Assembly (NCBI RefSeq): GCF_006345805.1
Contig: NW_021836958.1
Coordinates: forward strand, 1-22,507
DNA from: Octopus sinensis
Taxonomy: Eukaryota
Direction of reading: 5' to 3'
DNA: 22,507 nucleotides
Below the pieces are notes generated by a model that saw nothing but the letters and a program-made list of their open reading frames with translations, was not told the origin of the DNA and made no database searches. A program made the position numbers and the translations under genes. Of the stretch, positions 19,356-22,507 are shown piece after piece (the stretch's first letter is position 1; every line of letters starts with the position of its first letter).

Positions 19356-19533
19356 AATATGCTTTATTTAAAGCAGCAGAAAATTCAACAAAACCTGTTA
19401 CTCTGAGTTTCCCGTTGCCGTTCATCGGACAGTTTTTGATAGAATTCTGGCAAAAACTGTCCGATGAACGGCAACGGGAAACTCAGAGTAACAGGTTTTG
19501 TTGAATTTTCTGCTGCTTTAAATAAAGCATATT
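19356..19533. repeat. Fold-back palindrome 2: perfect 83-bp arms, each carrying a hammerhead (family 5)
   Basis: 19356-19438 is the exact reverse complement of 19451-19533. Centre ATAGAATTCTGG. Confidence 0.97.
19457..19494 (+). ncRNA. Minimal hammerhead, family 5 (mirror copy on minus strand at 19395-19432)
   Basis: CTGT-CCGATGA-ACG(GCAA)CGG-GAAA-CTC(A)GAG-TA-ACAG. Stem I CTGT/ACAG, U4C core variant, GNRA-capped short stem II, ACTC/GAGT stem III, GUA triplet. Confidence 0.78.
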
Positions 19534-19860
19534 ACTCTACCACTGGTATTTGAGTACTCTTTTTTCCACCTTGTTTCACATTTATGTGTTTACTCCGGTA
19601 TAAATATAAATATAACTCACACTATTACTATCACTATGACCAGTACATGACCAACATACACTTAAATAGCAACTAAATTTGTCGGCACTTGTAATATGCA
19701 AATGAGGGGTTGTTGATACTAGATGATCGTTGATTGGTTCGTCACTATTACATTTACACCCACCCACAGAGGATTGTACGCGCGCACACAACACTCACTC
19801 TCATACACAACACATGTCTACCATAAATACATACATACATACATACAGACAGACAGACAG

Positions 19861-20002
19861 GCAGACGTCGCTGTGTGTTAAGAAGCTTGCTTCTCAATCA
19901 CATTGTTCTGGGTTCAGTTCTACTGCGTGGCACCTTGAGCAATTGTCTTTTACTATAGCATCGGGCTAACCAAAGCCTTGTGGAAACTGAAAGACGTCCG
20001 TC

Positions 20003-20098
<96 letters not shown>

Positions 20099-20333
20099 AT
20101 ACAAATACAAACGTACACAAACTCATTCAGATTTAGACCTATACACACATACGCACACATACATGCACATAAGCACACACAAACCGAAGCATGGAAATAT
20201 CGCCATAAACGGAGCACATGACATAAAAAAATGTCATAAACGGAGCATATCAGATCTTCATTTCTTTATTTCTTTTCTTCTTCATAGAAATTACACATAC
20301 AAACGCGCTCCCTCCACAAACACACACACACAC

Positions 20334-20365
<32 letters not shown>

Positions 20366-20558
20366 CACACACACACAAACACACACACATATGCGTGTGT
20401 GTATGTCTTTGTATCTGTTTGTCCCCCACCTCACAGCTTGACAACCGGACTTATTCTTTGTCAACCTAGTACTTACTTTAACGACTGTCTTTTGCCGAAC
20501 TGCTAAGTTACAGTGACGTAAACGCATAAGCATCGGTTGTCAAGCGATGATGATGATG

Positions 20559-20641
<83 letters not shown>

Positions 20642-20761
20642 TATAATTATTATTATTATTAATATATATATATATACGACAGACTTCTTTCAGTTTCCAT
20701 CTACGAATCCACTTAGAAGGCTTGATCGGCCCGAGACTATAGCAGAAGACACTTGCCCAAG
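19861..20761. mobile_element. Fragmented SINE family B pieces (+ ~19861-20003 and ~20395-20446; - ~20446-20546 and ~20672-20761) among (TA)n, (TG)n, (CA)n and (ATT)n runs
   Basis: GGGTTCAGTTCTACTGCGTGGCACCTTG, GTTTGTCCCCC, TTTTGCCGAACTGCTAAG and AGAAGACACTTGCCCAAG motifs. Confidence 0.8.
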
Positions 20762-20767
20762 ACACGT

Positions 20768-20810
<43 letters not shown>

Positions 20811-20885
20811 ATATATATATATATATATGCGTGTGTTGTATACACATACGTACACACATGTTAATATCTATGTGTATTTATATAT

Positions 20886-21291
20886 TCTTTTCTACTCTAG
20901 GCACAAGGCACAAAATTTTGGGGGAGAAGGCCAGTCAATTACATCGACCCCCAGTACGCAACTGGTACTTAATTTATCGACCGACCCTGAAAGGATGAAA
21001 GCCATAGTCAACCTGGGCGGAATTTGAACTCAGAACATAAAGATAGACGAAATACCTATTTCTTTACTGCCCACAAGGGGCTAAACACAGAGGGGACAAA
21101 CAAGGAGAGACAAACGGATTAAGTCGATTACATCGACCCCAGTGCGTAACTAGTACTTAATTTATCGACCCCGAAAGGATGAAAGGCACAGTCGACCTCG
21201 GCGGAATTTGAACTCAGAACGTAACGGCAGACGAAATACCGCCAAGCATTTCGCCCGGCGTGCTAACGTTTCTACCAGCACGTCGCCTTAA
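20886..21291 (-). mobile_element. SINE family A dimer (older plus younger subfamily) within one 14-bp TSD
   Basis: GTGTATTTATATAT at 20872-20885 and 21292-21305. Junction GAAATACC|TATTTC at 21049-21062. Confidence 0.9.
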
Positions 21292-21504
21292 GTGTATTTA
21301 TATATGCATGTGTGTATGTATGCCCTCACATGCATAAGCATAGACATGAGGCGGGGCTTCAACTGGCCTTACATTGTGTGTGGCCAATACGAACTGGGCG
21401 GGGTCTCCATGATGGTAGTTATTTTATAAACACGTGTTCACTAATAGTAAGAGGCACCACCTCTTTGCTAAGGCGGAGTTAGTGGTTAGTATAGAATAAA
21501 TCTT

Positions 21505-21670
21505 TTATCTTTTCCTTGTTCCAGCCATTAAGACTGCGTCCTGGATGAACTTTGAGCGAATCGACTCCAGACTTTTAGTTTTCTTGTTAAACCTGGTACT
21601 TATTCTCTCGATATCTTTTGCAGAACCGCTAATTACAGGGTCGTATGCGCACGGACACCGGTTATCAAGA
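21505..21670 (-). mobile_element. Diverged SINE family B 3' part
   Basis: GGTACTTATTCT...CTTTTGCAGAACCGCTAA...CACCGGTTATCAAG. Confidence 0.65.
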
Positions 21671-21793
21671 ACAGGGATTGGGGTGCATGCACAAATACAG
21701 AGACATACGCTCTCTCTCTCTCTCGCTCTCTCTCTCTCTCGGGCGCCGCACACACACACACGCTCTCTCTCTCACGCACACGCACATTCACAC

Positions 21794-21840
<47 letters not shown>

Positions 21841-21854
21841 CATACATGCATGCA

Positions 21855-21958
21855 TACATATATATATATATACATGTAGAGGTAGGTACGTACATATATG
21901 TATGTATATATGCATATGTTTATTTATTAATTTATTTATATATATGTATATATATATA

Positions 21959-21997
<39 letters not shown>

Positions 21998-22096
21998 ATA
22001 TATCTATATATATATATATATATCTATATACATATATAATAAATAATAAATAAAACATATGCCTATATTACATACATATATGTACGTACCTACCTC

Positions 22097-22125
<29 letters not shown>
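21855..22125. repeat. Fold-back repeat centred on a (TA)n run
   Basis: TACATGTAGAGGTAGGTACGTACATATATGTATGTA (21871-21906) is the exact reverse complement of 22069-22104. Pairing continues imperfectly inwards. Confidence 0.9.
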
Positions 22126-22134
<9 letters not shown>

Positions 22135-22135
22135 T

Positions 22136-22305
22136 GGGTACAGGACACCAAAAACGTCGAAAACAATGAAAACGAAAACATAAACACAAAACCAAGGAAC
22201 TGGACATTTTCATAAACAACGAAAAAATAGAGTACAGGACAAATAACACAAGGAAAATTCCCCTCTTCAGTCGCCATGGTTTCATCTACTCTGCGTTTCG
22301 AAGGT
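22136..22305 (-). mobile_element. Candidate PLE pLTR-like short element in (TA)n
   Basis: Minus strand has CCTTC-GAAAC...GTA...CTGAAGA-GGGG followed by a T-rich body like the 527-705 element. Flanked by TA runs. Confidence 0.4.
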
Positions 22306-22507
22306 GAAATGTATATATATATATATAATATATAATATATATATACTATATATAATATAGATTACTAAGTAATTAAGGGTTTAGCAACGATTTGCCTCAC
22401 CACACACCGAATTTAGAAATAGCAGTCAAAGAGTTATGGCTATTCTTTCTACTTAAAAGGGAGATCCCAGTAAAACCACAGCACTTAAAAGGCAAACAAC
22501 GCAGGCA

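Noticed and set aside
20204-20250. Direct repeat CATAAACGGAGCA around the hairpin ATGACAT-AAAAAA-ATGTCAT
   Set aside because: Too short to distinguish from a small local duplication.
2588-21291. Recurring peptides such as KDERQSRPRRNLNSER and YSRRHLPKVPRSG, suggesting a gene family
   Set aside because: They are translations of SINE families A and B.
242-22285. Many 60-160 aa ORFs rich in YI, CV, HT, LSIY or RE repeats
   Set aside because: They are translations of microsatellites with no stop in frame. No domain or splice support.
22350-22507. Complex sequence after the final (TA)n run
   Set aside because: Runs off the window with no diagnostic motif visible.

Overview
Gene-free, repeat-saturated, AT-rich eukaryotic DNA. 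The SINE families and microsatellite load look like an Octopus (coleoid cephalopod) genome; that is recognition from memory, not a search result. No intact protein-coding gene is supported, and the ORF track is mostly microsatellite or SINE translation. Contents: one full-length but dead mariner (37-bp TIRs, 7891-9157) plus a second mariner fragment; two back-to-back hAT/Charlie-type MITEs sharing a target site; three decayed copies of an R4/Dong-like LINE (CCHC and RLE domains); four tRNA-derived SINE families; a Helitron-like fragment; a candidate MULE-like MITE; and a candidate solo LTR. The main unannotated signal is a dense set of minimal type I hammerhead ribozyme motifs of the Penelope-like-element (PLE) kind. 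There are seven loci with a complete or decayed core (one doubled by a palindrome), from five sequence-unrelated families, plus two partial candidates. They sit in short non-coding elements embedded in microsatellites, often as fold-back palindromes. One family appears to be a tRNA-headed SINE with a hammerhead-bearing tail (15522-16191). Also present: a ~550-bp local inverted duplication, and SINE multimers with recurring fixed junctions.
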